Below, one piece after another: positions 1 to 9,098 of a stretch of 64,000 bases of DNA. The DNA is from an uncultured Pelagibacteraceae bacterium. GTDB taxonomy: Bacteria > Pseudomonadota > Alphaproteobacteria > Pelagibacterales > Pelagibacteraceae. The notes under the pieces were generated by a model. The model did not search any database. It saw only the letters and a program-made list of their open reading frames with translations, and was not told where the DNA came from. The position numbers and the translations under genes are program-made. The number at the start of each line of letters is the position of its first letter. The stretch's first letter is position 1. The stretch lies in the NCBI GenBank assembly GCA_902530885.1, contig CACABZ010000002.1, forward strand, positions 2,692 to 66,691, written 5' to 3'.

Positions 1-1
1 A

Positions 2-1162
2 CAAAAAAGACTAGGAAGTACCTCCAGCTCACCTAGATGGGCTACTGCTTACAAATTTTCTTCGGAAAAAGCTATCTCAAAAATAAAAGAGATTACTATT
101 CAAGTCGGCAGAACTGGAGCAATTACACCTGTTGCTAAAATTGAACCAGTTAATGTAGGAGGAGTAATAGTTTCAAATGCTACATTACATAATGAGGATG
201 AAATAAATAGAAAAGATATAAGAGAGGGTGATATGATAACAATACAAAGAGCCGGAGATGTAATACCTCAAGTCGTATCAGTTGATAAATCCAAAAGACC
301 AAATAATTCCAAACCGTTTCGATTTCCAGATAAGTGTTTGTGTGGTGGTTCAATAAAAAAAGAGTTTAATCCTCAAACTAAAAAGCTAGATGCAGTAAAA
401 AGATGTTTGAAAGACTATGATTGTGATTATATTGCAGTTGAAAAGCTTAAGCATGTAGTTTCAAAAGAAGCTTTTAATATAGATGGTCTTGGTAAAAAAG
501 TTATAGACCAATTTTGGAAATTAAAATTAATAAAAAAACCTTCAGATATATTTAGATTAAATTATTCCAAAATAGAGAACCTTGAGGGGTGGGGAAATTT
601 ATCCTGTCAAAATTTAGCTAAAGCTATAGATACTGCTAAAAATATCAATCTTAATAGGTTTATTTATTCAATCGGCATTAGACATATAGGTCAAGAAAAT
701 GCAAAAATTTTAGCTCAATATTTTAAAACTAAAGAAAAATTCAAAGATTTATATAATTCAAAAAAAAGAATTCAAATACTATCTGATCTTAAAGACCTTG
801 ATGGAATTGGGGAAACGCAAATTAATTCAATCGATAAATTTTTTCAAAAGAAAATCAATATTGAAATAATTGACTCTTTTATTTTAGAACTAAATATTCT
901 TAATCATAAGGATACGAATAAAACTGGAAAATTAAGTAACAAAAACATTATGTTTACTGGAGGTTTCGAGAAGATGAGTAGATCAGAAGCAAAAACTATG
1001 ACAGAAAATTTAGGGGGAAAGGTTTTAGGGTCTATCTCAAGAAAATTAGATTTCTTGGTGGTAGGAGAGTCGAAACCTACTAAAAATAAAATTATTAAAG
1101 CCAAGGGGTTAAGAATAAAAATTCTTACTGAGTCCGAATGGTATAAAATATTAAATATTTGA
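2..1162 (+). CDS. ligA: NAD-dependent DNA ligase (5' truncated by window edge)
   Basis: Frame is open from base 2: PRWATAYKF, QVGRTGAITPVA, RAGDVIP, HhH repeats, C-terminal BRCT domain. Confidence 0.97.
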   Translation, partial: QKRLGSTSSSPRWATAYKFSSEKAISKIKEITIQVGRTGAITPVAKIEPVNVGGVIVSNATLHNEDEINRKDIREGDMITIQRAGDVIPQVVSVDKSKRPNNSKPFRFPDKCLCGGSIKKEFNPQTKKLDAVKRCLKDYDCDYIAVEKLKHVVSKEAFNIDGLGKKVIDQFWKLKLIKKPSDIFRLNYSKIENLEGWGNLSCQNLAKAIDTAKNINLNRFIYSIGIRHIGQENAKILAQYFKTKEKFKDLYNSKKRIQILSDLKDLDGIGETQINSIDKFFQKKINIEIIDSFILELNILNHKDTNKTGKLSNKNIMFTGGFEKMSRSEAKTMTENLGGKVLGSISRKLDFLVVGESKPTKNKIIKAKGLRIKILTESEWYKILNI

Positions 1163-2866
1163 GCAGGATTTCTTTAGGTCTTCTAATTGATGGTTATTCA
1201 TAAACTTTTTTAACTTTGAATAAACTTTTTTGTGATAATTGTTTAACCAATCAATTTCTTTTTTGTTCATCATCTTTTTTTCAATAAGGGATTTATCGAT
1301 TGGTATAAGAGTTAAATCCTCAAAAGATAAATGATTTGTCTTTTGTTTTACCAATACAAGATTTTCTATTCTAATCCCGAATTTACCTTTTTTATAATAA
1401 CCAGGCTCATTAGATAAAATCATACCAGGATAAAATTTTGATTGATTGTATTTTGATATTGATTGAGGACCCTCATGTACATTAAGAAAATAACCAACAC
1501 CATGACCAGTTCCATGTTGATAGTCTAATTTAACTTTCTTTAAAAATTTTCTTGCAGCCAAATCAACAGTCTTTCCAAAAGTTTTGTTATTTATTTTAAA
1601 TTCAGATACAGAAATATGACCTTTAAGAACTCTAGTATAAATGTCTTTTATTTTTTTATTTCTAACATTGAGTGCTAAAGTTCTCGTAGCATCAGTTGTG
1701 CCATAGTAATATTGCCCACCCGAGTCAATTAAATACAACATTCCATCTTTCAATCTTTTATTTGTATTTTTTTTGGCATTATAGTGAACTATTGCTCCAT
1801 TTGAACCGCAACTTGAAATAGTTGGAAAGCTAAGAGACTTAAATTTTTTAAACTTTTTTTTAAAACTTAATAATTTTTTTTGCGCATCTATCTCAGTAAT
1901 TTTACTTGAACCATAACTTTTTTTTAACCAAAAAATAAATTTTGTTATGGCAGCACCATCATAAAGATGAATTTCCTTAGTATTATTTATTTCAATTTTA
2001 TTTTTAATTGATTTTAAAAGGTAAATTGGGTCTTTTTTTTCTATAATTATATTATTTTTTTTAATTAAATTTTGAAAAAAAATAGAACAAGTCAATTGAT
2101 CAATAACAACTTTTTTATTCTTAACTTTTTTTAGAAATTCCTCAGTTTTGATAATGTCAATTATATTAATATCTTCAAGTTTTTTTGATAATTTTTTATC
2201 AATTTTTTTAGTATCACAAAAAAGAAAAAGATTATTTTTAACATCTAATAACAAATAAGAATTTGGAATAGGTGAATAAGCTGTATCTTCGCCCCTTATA
2301 TTAAGAAGCCAAGCTACATTTTCTGGAGCCGTTATGAATATTAAATCTAACTTACGATTTCTTAAAAATTTTTTTACCTTATTAATTTTCTTTTTATAAT
2401 CTTCTCCAGTGACTGATTTTTCTAATGAATAAAATTTACGGACAATTTTACGATTGTTTCTTTTTCTTAGAATGTCCAAAAGATTTTTTTTCATTGGAAT
2501 GAATTTGAAGTTAAATTTTCCAAATAATTTTTTTAAAGTAAGTTCATTGAATAATTTAGAGTCAAACGCAATTTTTTTTTCATTACCATTAAAGTATTTA
2601 AACTTATCACTCATTAATGTAATTATATTGAAGTTATTACCACTTTCTTTAATTGCTTGATTTGTATATCTACCATCAACAAATAAATAATTTTTACTTT
2701 TTGTAATTAAAGCAAAACCATAAGACCCTGAAAAATTACTTATGTATTTTAAATCATCTTTTTCAGGAGAGGTATATTCACCAAAAAATTCATCGTTTTT
2801 AGGTATTAAATACCCGTCAATATTTAATTTAGAGAATTGATTTATTAATTTTTTTATTTTTTCCAT
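1151..2866 (-). CDS. pepP: Xaa-Pro aminopeptidase (aminopeptidase P, M24B)
   Basis: DGRY N-terminal motif, DSGGQY..GTTD, HGTGHGVG..LNVHEGP, SNEPGYY, GIRIEN. Confidence 0.93.
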   Translation of the reverse strand: MEKIKKLINQFSKLNIDGYLIPKNDEFFGEYTSPEKDDLKYISNFSGSYGFALITKSKNYLFVDGRYTNQAIKESGNNFNIITLMSDKFKYFNGNEKKIAFDSKLFNELTLKKLFGKFNFKFIPMKKNLLDILRKRNNRKIVRKFYSLEKSVTGEDYKKKINKVKKFLRNRKLDLIFITAPENVAWLLNIRGEDTAYSPIPNSYLLLDVKNNLFLFCDTKKIDKKLSKKLEDINIIDIIKTEEFLKKVKNKKVVIDQLTCSIFFQNLIKKNNIIIEKKDPIYLLKSIKNKIEINNTKEIHLYDGAAITKFIFWLKKSYGSSKITEIDAQKKLLSFKKKFKKFKSLSFPTISSCGSNGAIVHYNAKKNTNKRLKDGMLYLIDSGGQYYYGTTDATRTLALNVRNKKIKDIYTRVLKGHISVSEFKINNKTFGKTVDLAARKFLKKVKLDYQHGTGHGVGYFLNVHEGPQSISKYNQSKFYPGMILSNEPGYYKKGKFGIRIENLVLVKQKTNHLSFEDLTLIPIDKSLIEKKMMNKKEIDWLNNYHKKVYSKLKKFMNNHQLEDLKKSCSNI

Positions 2867-4926
2867 CTTAAAAGTTTATTTTTCTTTAATCTGTTCCACC
2901 CTGGACTTCTAAACTCTTCTCCAAATTCAATTTCAGTATCCTGATTAAAATCAAAATCATCTTTTTCTTTTTCAAATTTCATCTCATTTTTTTCAATATT
3001 TTTATCAGGTAATTCGTTAACAAATCTTGATGGAACTGCGTCCATCCAATCTCCTTGATAAATTCTTCTCAGAGCGAAAGATAAGAATGCCTCTTTTTTT
3101 GCCCTTGTAATTCCTACGTAAGCTAACCTTCTTTCCTCCTCGAGAGCAAAATCACCTTTTTCTTGTAAAGATTTTTGGTGTGGAAATAATCCTTCTTCCC
3201 AACCTGGTAAAAATACAACATCAAATTCTAAACCTTTAGCAGCGTGCATAGTCATCAAATTTACTTTTTCACCTTCCCACTCTTGATCAATTGAGGTTGC
3301 TAATGCAACATGTTCTAAAAAATTTTGTAAATTATCATAATCATGCATCGCTCTTAATAATTCTTTAATATTTTCCAATCTATTTTCATTTTCTAAGTCT
3401 TTTTTGTCTTTTAATAATGATGAGTATCCAGATTCATCTAAGACCAATTTTAAAAGATCGAAATGCTTGACTAATTTTAAGTCATTTCTCCACTTGTCTA
3501 TTAAACTTATCAAATTATTAAAAGCTGTCTTTATTTTTGGCTTAAATTTATTATTTTCTACAAGTTTTCTAATAGAATCCTCCAAACACAAGTTGTTTTT
3601 AGAGGCAAACTCGTAAATATTTTTTAAGGTTGTTTCACCAACACCTTTTCTTGGTTTGTTTATCACTCTTTCTAAAGCTAAATCATCAAATTTTTGATTA
3701 ATTATACGTAAGTAGGCTACAGCATCTTTAATTTCAGCTCTTTCATAAAATTTGATACCACCTAAAACTCTGTAACCAATACCTATTTTAAGAAATCTCT
3801 CTTCAAATTCTCTAGTTTGATATATTGCCCTAACTAAAATACTTACATTGTTAAGGGAATATTTATTTTTAATATTACCCTCGATTATGTCACTAATCCC
3901 TTGTGCTTCTTCCTTTCCATTTCTATAACAATTTAATTTAACTAACTCACCTTCATTGCTAGATGACCATAATTTTTTACCAACTCTACTATTATTATTT
4001 GAAATTAATTTTGAAGCAGTAGCGAGAATATTTTTAGTAGATCTATAGTTTTGCTCTAGTTTAAAAACTTTGCAATTTGGATATATTTTGTCAAAAGTTA
4101 GAAAATTTTTTATTTCTGCTCCTCTCCAGCTGTAAATAGATTGATCATCATCACCTACACAGCATATATTTCTTTTTTCATTAACTATTAAATTTAACCA
4201 TTTGTTTTGAATAAAATTTGTATCTTGATATTCATCTACTAAGATATATTTAAAATGATTTCGGTAAATTTCGCGTATATCTTTGTTCTTTTCGAATAAA
4301 TGTACAGTATAAAGAATTAAATCACCAAAATCGAAAGCGTTGAGATCTTTTGTTTTCTCTTGGTAAATTTTGTAAACTTTTAAAATTTTATCTTCTAAAG
4401 AATTTTTTTTTTTTAATTTTACTTCATCGGGTAGTTGACCTTTATTTTTCCAACTATCTATGAGTGCTAAAATAAATTGAGGAGAAATTTTTTTAGCATC
4501 AATATTTTCAGCTTCACAAATTCTTCTAACTAGTTTTTTTTGATCGTCAGTATCAAGAATTGTAAAATTACTTTTAAATCCAATTGCTTCAGCATGTTTT
4601 CTCAAGAATTTTACACTAATTGAATGAAATGTACCTAACCATGGCACAGCACTAGACTCGCCTTTCAAATAATTTAAAACTCTATTTTGCATTTCTTTTG
4701 CCGCTTTGTTTGTAAAAGTCACACAAAGAATTTGGTTAGACCACGCTTTCTTTTCATTTATGATATAAGCAAGTTTAGTTGTTAAAACTTTAGTTTTTCC
4801 AGATCCAGCTCCAGCTACAATTAAGTTAGGTCCATCTGTATTTAGAACAGCTTTTTTCTGTTCATTGTTTAGATTATCAAGTAAATTTTTTATCGAAGTC
4901 ATTTCTTTAAATAATTTGTTATACAC
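2854..4926 (-). CDS. uvrD: ATP-dependent DNA helicase UvrD/PcrA
   Basis: AGAGSGKT, TFTNKAA, VDEYQDTN, GDDDQSIYSWRGA, LEQNYRST, EEERRLAYVGITRA. Confidence 0.95.
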   Translation of the reverse strand: MYNKLFKEMTSIKNLLDNLNNEQKKAVLNTDGPNLIVAGAGSGKTKVLTTKLAYIINEKKAWSNQILCVTFTNKAAKEMQNRVLNYLKGESSAVPWLGTFHSISVKFLRKHAEAIGFKSNFTILDTDDQKKLVRRICEAENIDAKKISPQFILALIDSWKNKGQLPDEVKLKKKNSLEDKILKVYKIYQEKTKDLNAFDFGDLILYTVHLFEKNKDIREIYRNHFKYILVDEYQDTNFIQNKWLNLIVNEKRNICCVGDDDQSIYSWRGAEIKNFLTFDKIYPNCKVFKLEQNYRSTKNILATASKLISNNNSRVGKKLWSSSNEGELVKLNCYRNGKEEAQGISDIIEGNIKNKYSLNNVSILVRAIYQTREFEERFLKIGIGYRVLGGIKFYERAEIKDAVAYLRIINQKFDDLALERVINKPRKGVGETTLKNIYEFASKNNLCLEDSIRKLVENNKFKPKIKTAFNNLISLIDKWRNDLKLVKHFDLLKLVLDESGYSSLLKDKKDLENENRLENIKELLRAMHDYDNLQNFLEHVALATSIDQEWEGEKVNLMTMHAAKGLEFDVVFLPGWEEGLFPHQKSLQEKGDFALEEERRLAYVGITRAKKEAFLSFALRRIYQGDWMDAVPSRFVNELPDKNIEKNEMKFEKEKDDFDFNQDTEIEFGEEFRSPGWNRLKKNKLLRWKK

Positions 4927-5002
4927 TAACTACCAATATAAAAAAAATGATAATTAAATGGAAAAAAACTAATAATTGAATATATAAAAAGTTAAAACTA
5001 AT

Positions 5003-6391
5003 TTATTTTGGTCTTGTCATCTTTATTGGATCCATTATTTTTAGATATTCTTTTTCGCTAATTAATTTAGTTTTTAAAACTTCCTCTTTAAGACTAGTGC
5101 CATTTTTGTGAGCTTGTTTTGCAATTTTTGCTGCATTATCGTAGCCAATTTTAGGCGCGAGTGCCGTTACTAACATTAGGGAATTTTCAAGCAAAAATTT
5201 AATTCTTTTTTTATCTGCTTTAATTCCTTTAATACAAAAATTTGCAAATGTTTTTGAAGAGTCAGCCATAATTTCTATAGACTGCAAAATGTTATGAATT
5301 ATTAATGGTTTAAAAACATTTAATTCAAAATGACCATGAGAACCAGCCATTGTTATTCCATTATGATTACCAATAACCTTTACGCAAACCATTGTAACGG
5401 CTTCTGATTGAGTGGGATTTACCTTTCCTGGCATAATTGAGGAACCTGGTTCATTAGCTGGTAAAATAATTTCCCCATATCCAGCTCTTGGTCCAGAACC
5501 AAGAAATCTTATATCATTTGCAATTTTCATTAAACAGACAGCTGTTGTGTTCATAGTGCCAGAGAAATTTACAATTGCATCATGAGCCGCCAAAGCAGCA
5601 AATTTATTTTTAGCAGTTTTAAAAGGTAGTTTTGTAATTTTTTTTATTTGTTTGATAATTTTAACATCAAAATTTTTTCGTGTATTTAAACCTGTGCCTA
5701 CAGCAGTACCACCTTGTGCTAAATAATATATTTCATCTAAAGCTCTCTCAATTCTCTCGATACATTTTTTTAGTTGAGACTGGTATCCAGAAAATTCTTG
5801 ACCAAGCGTAATAGGCGTAGCATCTTGTAGATGAGTTCGACCAACCTTAACTATGTTTTTAAATTCCTTTACTTTTTTACCTATCTCTTTTTCCAATAGT
5901 TTCAAAGACGGAAGTAATTTTTGATTAGCCTTAATAGCGATGGATATGTGCATAGCAGTAGGAAAAACATCATTTGTAGATTGCGATTTATTAACGTGAT
6001 CATTAGGATGAACGGGTTTTTTCGAGCCCATTTTGCCCCCCATCATTTCTATTGCTCTATTTGCAATAACCTCATTTACATTCATATTTGTTTGAGTTCC
6101 AGAACCAGTTTGCCAAACTTTTAGAGGAAAGTGATTGTCAAGCTTACCCTTGATAACCTCTTCACTGGCTTTTACTATATATCTGCTAATATTTTTATCT
6201 AAATCTTTGTTTTTATAGTTAGTAATTGCTGCAGCTTGTTTTATTATTGCGATTGATTGGATAACTATTGGCCTAACAAGAAAATCACCTATGTTAAAAT
6301 ATTTATTAGACCTTTCAGTCGAAGCTCCCCAATATTTATCACCAGGTACTTTAATTTTACCAATGCTATCAAATTCAATTCTGTACTTCAT
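5003..6391 (-). CDS. fumC: Class II fumarate hydratase
   Basis: [11 protein letters not shown] signature, [19 protein letters not shown]. Confidence 0.98.
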   Translation of the reverse strand: MKYRIEFDSIGKIKVPGDKYWGASTERSNKYFNIGDFLVRPIVIQSIAIIKQAAAITNYKNKDLDKNISRYIVKASEEVIKGKLDNHFPLKVWQTGSGTQTNMNVNEVIANRAIEMMGGKMGSKKPVHPNDHVNKSQSTNDVFPTAMHISIAIKANQKLLPSLKLLEKEIGKKVKEFKNIVKVGRTHLQDATPITLGQEFSGYQSQLKKCIERIERALDEIYYLAQGGTAVGTGLNTRKNFDVKIIKQIKKITKLPFKTAKNKFAALAAHDAIVNFSGTMNTTAVCLMKIANDIRFLGSGPRAGYGEIILPANEPGSSIMPGKVNPTQSEAVTMVCVKVIGNHNGITMAGSHGHFELNVFKPLIIHNILQSIEIMADSSKTFANFCIKGIKADKKRIKFLLENSLMLVTALAPKIGYDNAAKIAKQAHKNGTSLKEEVLKTKLISEKEYLKIMDPIKMTRPK

Positions 6392-6450
6392 TTGTGATTC
6401 TTTGATATAATATATTTATATTTAAAATATAAAAATATAAAGGCGGAAAT

Positions 6451-6825
6451 ATGAGTAATTTTGAAAAAGTAGGAAAATTTATGAGAACATTTGGCCAGAA
6501 TGTTAAAAATAAAGCAGAATTCCCTGAAGAAAAAATAATAAATTTGCGATACGACTTAATAGTTGAAGAGTTGGAAGAACTAAAAACGGCATTGAGAGAA
6601 AAAAATATTCAAGAGGTAGCAGATGCACTAACCGATATTCTTTATGTTACTTATGGAGCCGGTCATGCTTTTGGAATTAATCTGGATAAATGCTTTGATG
6701 AAGTGCAAAATTCAAATATGAGCAAGTTAGATAACAATGGTAAACCAATTTATAATGAGAATGGAAAGGTGATGAAAGGTCCGAATTATTATAAGCCAAA
6801 TTTAATGAAATTTTTATCTTCATGA
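6451..6825 (+). CDS. MazG-like nucleoside triphosphate pyrophosphohydrolase (PRA-PH/DR2231 type)
   Basis: EELEEL, EVADALTDILYVTYG, EVQNSNMSK..GKVMKGPNY. Confidence 0.85.
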   Translation: MSNFEKVGKFMRTFGQNVKNKAEFPEEKIINLRYDLIVEELEELKTALREKNIQEVADALTDILYVTYGAGHAFGINLDKCFDEVQNSNMSKLDNNGKPIYNENGKVMKGPNYYKPNLMKFLSS

Positions 6826-6902
6826 AGGATAGTATCTTTTGGATATTGACGGGAATAGCTATTGGTTTAGTTTTCTATTTGGGAGATAAGTATATTTTTT
6901 GA
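6822..6902 (+). CDS. Putative 26-aa single-TM small protein (MKDSIFWILTGIAIGLVFYLGDKYIF)
   Basis: ATGA overlap with the upstream stop, hydrophobic core; below ORF-track cutoff. Confidence 0.45.
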   Translation: MKDSIFWILTGIAIGLVFYLGDKYIF

Positions 6903-6908
6903 AAAATT

Positions 6909-6939
6909 TCGGGGTAAATTATTAACTTACCCCAAAAAA
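6909..6939. terminator. Hairpin between convergent genes, probable intrinsic terminator
   Basis: GGGGTAA...TTACCCC stem (6911-6933) in the gap between converging stops at 6902 and 6940. Confidence 0.6.
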
Positions 6940-7146
6940 TTAACTTTTAAACAATTCAAGTGCTTTATTAAGAAGCTCTTCAGATTTGGTATGGTTGCCA
7001 CTTTTATGAGCATTTATACCCTCGTCATGTAGTTTTTTTGCTTCTTCTATTTTATTTTGAACTTTACCAGCTAACATAGGACAAGAACCTGCGTATGCAG
7101 AGCTAGCAAATGTCAAAATAATAAGTGTTAAAAATATTTTTTTCAT
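6940..7146 (-). CDS. Small secreted hypothetical protein
   Basis: Signal peptide MKKIFLTLIILTFASSAYA, AAAGG upstream. Confidence 0.75.
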   Translation of the reverse strand: MKKIFLTLIILTFASSAYAGSCPMLAGKVQNKIEEAKKLHDEGINAHKSGNHTKSEELLNKALELFKS

Positions 7147-7156
7147 CGTTACCTTT

Positions 7157-7279
7157 CTAAAAACCCATATTTGACCAATTATCTTTATCCTTAAACTTAT
7201 CCAATTCTTTTTTAGAAGTGGGTCTAAACAGATAATAAATCAGGAACAATATTACAATTAGGGTTATTACTATTTCCAT
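7157..7279 (-). CDS. Putative 40-aa membrane-anchored small protein (MEIVITLIVILFLIYYLFRPTSKKELDKFKDKDNWSNMGF)
   Basis: N-terminal hydrophobic helix then charged tail; fills the gap and ends 10 nt before the next start. Confidence 0.55.
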   Translation of the reverse strand: MEIVITLIVILFLIYYLFRPTSKKELDKFKDKDNWSNMGF

Positions 7280-7341
7280 GAAAATAAATTACACCATTTA
7301 GATTTTAAATCACTGCGACTTTTTATGGCTAACTTTTTTAT

Positions 7342-7656
7342 TTAACAGTTTTTTTTGTTCTTCAATTTGTTTAAATGCAAGGCTCTTTCTTTGGCTGCAG
7401 TTGTTGCCTCATCAATATTTTTAATTGTCATACCATAACCAGGTAGAAAAAAAAGTATGGCCCCGATATTATGCGGCTTGTCCATTTTTTTTGCTTGTTG
7501 CGCCTCGTTAGCGTAGTCATTTGCTTTTGCAATTTCTGAGCTCAATTCTTCGCAACTTAAATTGTTATCATTGGGTCCAATTACATTTATAACTCGGGGT
7601 GTAGCACAGGAATTAATAATTAAAAGCAAAATTAAAAAGTTTAATAATTTCTTCAT
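7342..7656 (-). CDS. Hypothetical lipoprotein
   Basis: Lipobox-like IINSC after a signal peptide; LSCEEL motif. Confidence 0.75.
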   Translation of the reverse strand: MKKLLNFLILLLIINSCATPRVINVIGPNDNNLSCEELSSEIAKANDYANEAQQAKKMDKPHNIGAILFFLPGYGMTIKNIDEATTAAKERALHLNKLKNKKNC

Positions 7657-7688
7657 TATTACTGGAATATTTAGTTACTAGACCAAAG

Positions 7689-7952
7689 CTATTTATATTT
7701 AATTTTATATATTAAAATAAATAAAGACAATATCAAAGTTACTGCATTCGCTAGTATTATAGGTAAGTCAGAAATTGTTATTCCGTATATCAGCCAAGAC
7801 AAAACCCCTATGGTAAAAATTATAAACATATAGAGCGATATATCTCTTGTACTTTTTGTCTTCCAGACTTTAAGCGCTTGGGGAAAAAAAGCAAAAGTTG
7901 TACAAAATGCAGCTAAGAAGCCAATGTATTTTAGTATAAAATTTATTATCAT
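7689..7952 (-). CDS. SemiSWEET/PQ-loop family transporter
   Basis: 3 TM helices, TTFAFFPQALKVWKTKSTRDIS, WLIYG, PIILAN. Confidence 0.9.
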   Translation of the reverse strand: MIINFILKYIGFLAAFCTTFAFFPQALKVWKTKSTRDISLYMFIIFTIGVLSWLIYGITISDLPIILANAVTLILSLFILIYKIKYK

Positions 7953-7965
7953 TGTTAATTTTTAG

Positions 7966-7997
7966 AGGGCGTTCTGTTGCTAGGTGCCCTAAACCCC
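7966..7997 (-). repeat. tmRNA 3'-hairpin copy 1 (distal, longest)
   Basis: AGGGCGTTCTGTTGCTAGGTGCCCTAAACCCC matches 15498-15529 at 29/32; two of the differences form a compensatory A-T pair in the stem. Confidence 0.95.
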
Positions 7998-8008
7998 TAA
8001 ATAATTAT

Positions 8009-8056
8009 TCAACCAAATACCATGTAGAGAACACCAACTAAAATTAAAAGTTCCAT
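8009..8056 (-). CDS. Putative 15-aa hydrophobic peptide MELLILVGVLYMVFG
   Basis: SD AAAGGAG at 8068-8062 and near-consensus sigma70 promoter upstream; only ORF seen between repeat copies 1 and 2. Confidence 0.55.
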   Translation of the reverse strand: MELLILVGVLYMVFG

Positions 8057-8078
8057 TTCGACTCCTTTGTTATGACTC

Positions 8079-8107
8079 ATTATACCAAAGGGGTGCTCTG
8101 TTGCCAA
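8079..8107 (-). promoter_or_regulatory. Sigma70-type promoter TTGGCA-N17-TATAAT with extended -10 TG
   Basis: -35 at 8107-8102 lies inside repeat copy 2; -10 at 8084-8079. Confidence 0.55.
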
Positions 8108-8111
8108 ATGC
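8090..8111 (-). repeat. tmRNA 3'-hairpin copy 2 (degenerate)
   Basis: GGGGTGCTCTGTTGCCAAATGC versus GGGGCGTTCTGTTGCCAGGTGC, 18/22. Confidence 0.75.
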
Positions 8112-8126
8112 TGTTAAACTTAAGTT

Positions 8127-8948
8127 TTATAGAATTCTAGAGCAAAAAAAATTAGTGTTCTTAATTTTTTTAAACATTTCTTTTTTAGATATATTTGGAT
8201 CTATTTTTTCATCAATGTTTAAATTTAAAATAAATTTTGCATCACTATTTATAAGAAAATATTTATTTGGAAATTTTTTTATTCCCTTTGGTTTATTTGA
8301 AAAATATAAATATTCATCCGAGTCTTCTAGGACCAATAACTCTTGTCTTCTCAATTTGGGTTTGTATATGCCTTGTTTTTTGTTTGTAAAATTTCCACTA
8401 AGTAAAAACCATTCACCTTTTTTTTTATTGAATAAAGCTGTAAAATAGAAATCTTCTAAATTAGTCTCACATTTTAAAAGAATTCTACTATCAAAATTTG
8501 GTTTATTAAAAATTTTAGAAGATCTAAAAACTTTTCCTTGCCATTCAGTTTGAATAAATGGATATATAATCGCAGAAGTTACTGATTCTCCAGTTAAGCT
8601 ATCAACCACGTCAAATAATTGATCTATATTTTTTTCTTTAGTTCTTTTAACGTTATGTGCATCAAGTAAACCTAGATTATCTAATTCTTGTGTTTGAGAT
8701 AAAACTTCGTCTGAAAAATTTTTAGCATCATCTAAGTTTGATGGCGGTATAACAACTTCTTCTAGATTTTTACCAACTTTTAAATCTTCAATTTTTTTTC
8801 CTAAGTCTGGTATTTCGTCCACCCCTTTTGTAAATATTTTTTTAAATCCTTGAAATAATTTCATAATTGAATTAGGTGAAACCGCTTTAGCTTCAAAAGG
8901 ATTTAGAACTATAAAAATAATTGTTAAGCTAGCAAAAATATTTTTCAT
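8127..8948 (-). CDS. Hypothetical secreted protein
   Basis: 273-aa ORF with signal peptide (…FEAKA); almost fills the interval between copies 2 and 3. Confidence 0.75.
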   Translation of the reverse strand: MKNIFASLTIIFIVLNPFEAKAVSPNSIMKLFQGFKKIFTKGVDEIPDLGKKIEDLKVGKNLEEVVIPPSNLDDAKNFSDEVLSQTQELDNLGLLDAHNVKRTKEKNIDQLFDVVDSLTGESVTSAIIYPFIQTEWQGKVFRSSKIFNKPNFDSRILLKCETNLEDFYFTALFNKKKGEWFLLSGNFTNKKQGIYKPKLRRQELLVLEDSDEYLYFSNKPKGIKKFPNKYFLINSDAKFILNLNIDEKIDPNISKKEMFKKIKNTNFFCSRIL

Positions 8949-8961
8949 TTGAATTAAGAGG

Positions 8962-8985
8962 GGGGCGTTCTATTGCCAAATGCCC
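8962..8985 (-). repeat. tmRNA 3'-hairpin copy 3
   Basis: GGGGCGTTCTATTGCCAAATGCCC, 21/24 to the tmRNA copy. Confidence 0.88.
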
Positions 8986-9053
8986 TCAATCGATTCTCTA
9001 GAATCCTCATATATCAAAAAAGTCATGATTGGAAAGTACAGAAATTCGAAGAA

Positions 9054-9074
9054 AATTACGAGTCAATTACGAGT
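9054..9074. repeat. Tandem AATTACGAGT x2 (11-bp period)
   Basis: Exact 10-mers at 9054-9063 and 9065-9074. Confidence 0.7.
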
Positions 9075-9098
9075 GACTTTGTGATAGGATAGGAAATT

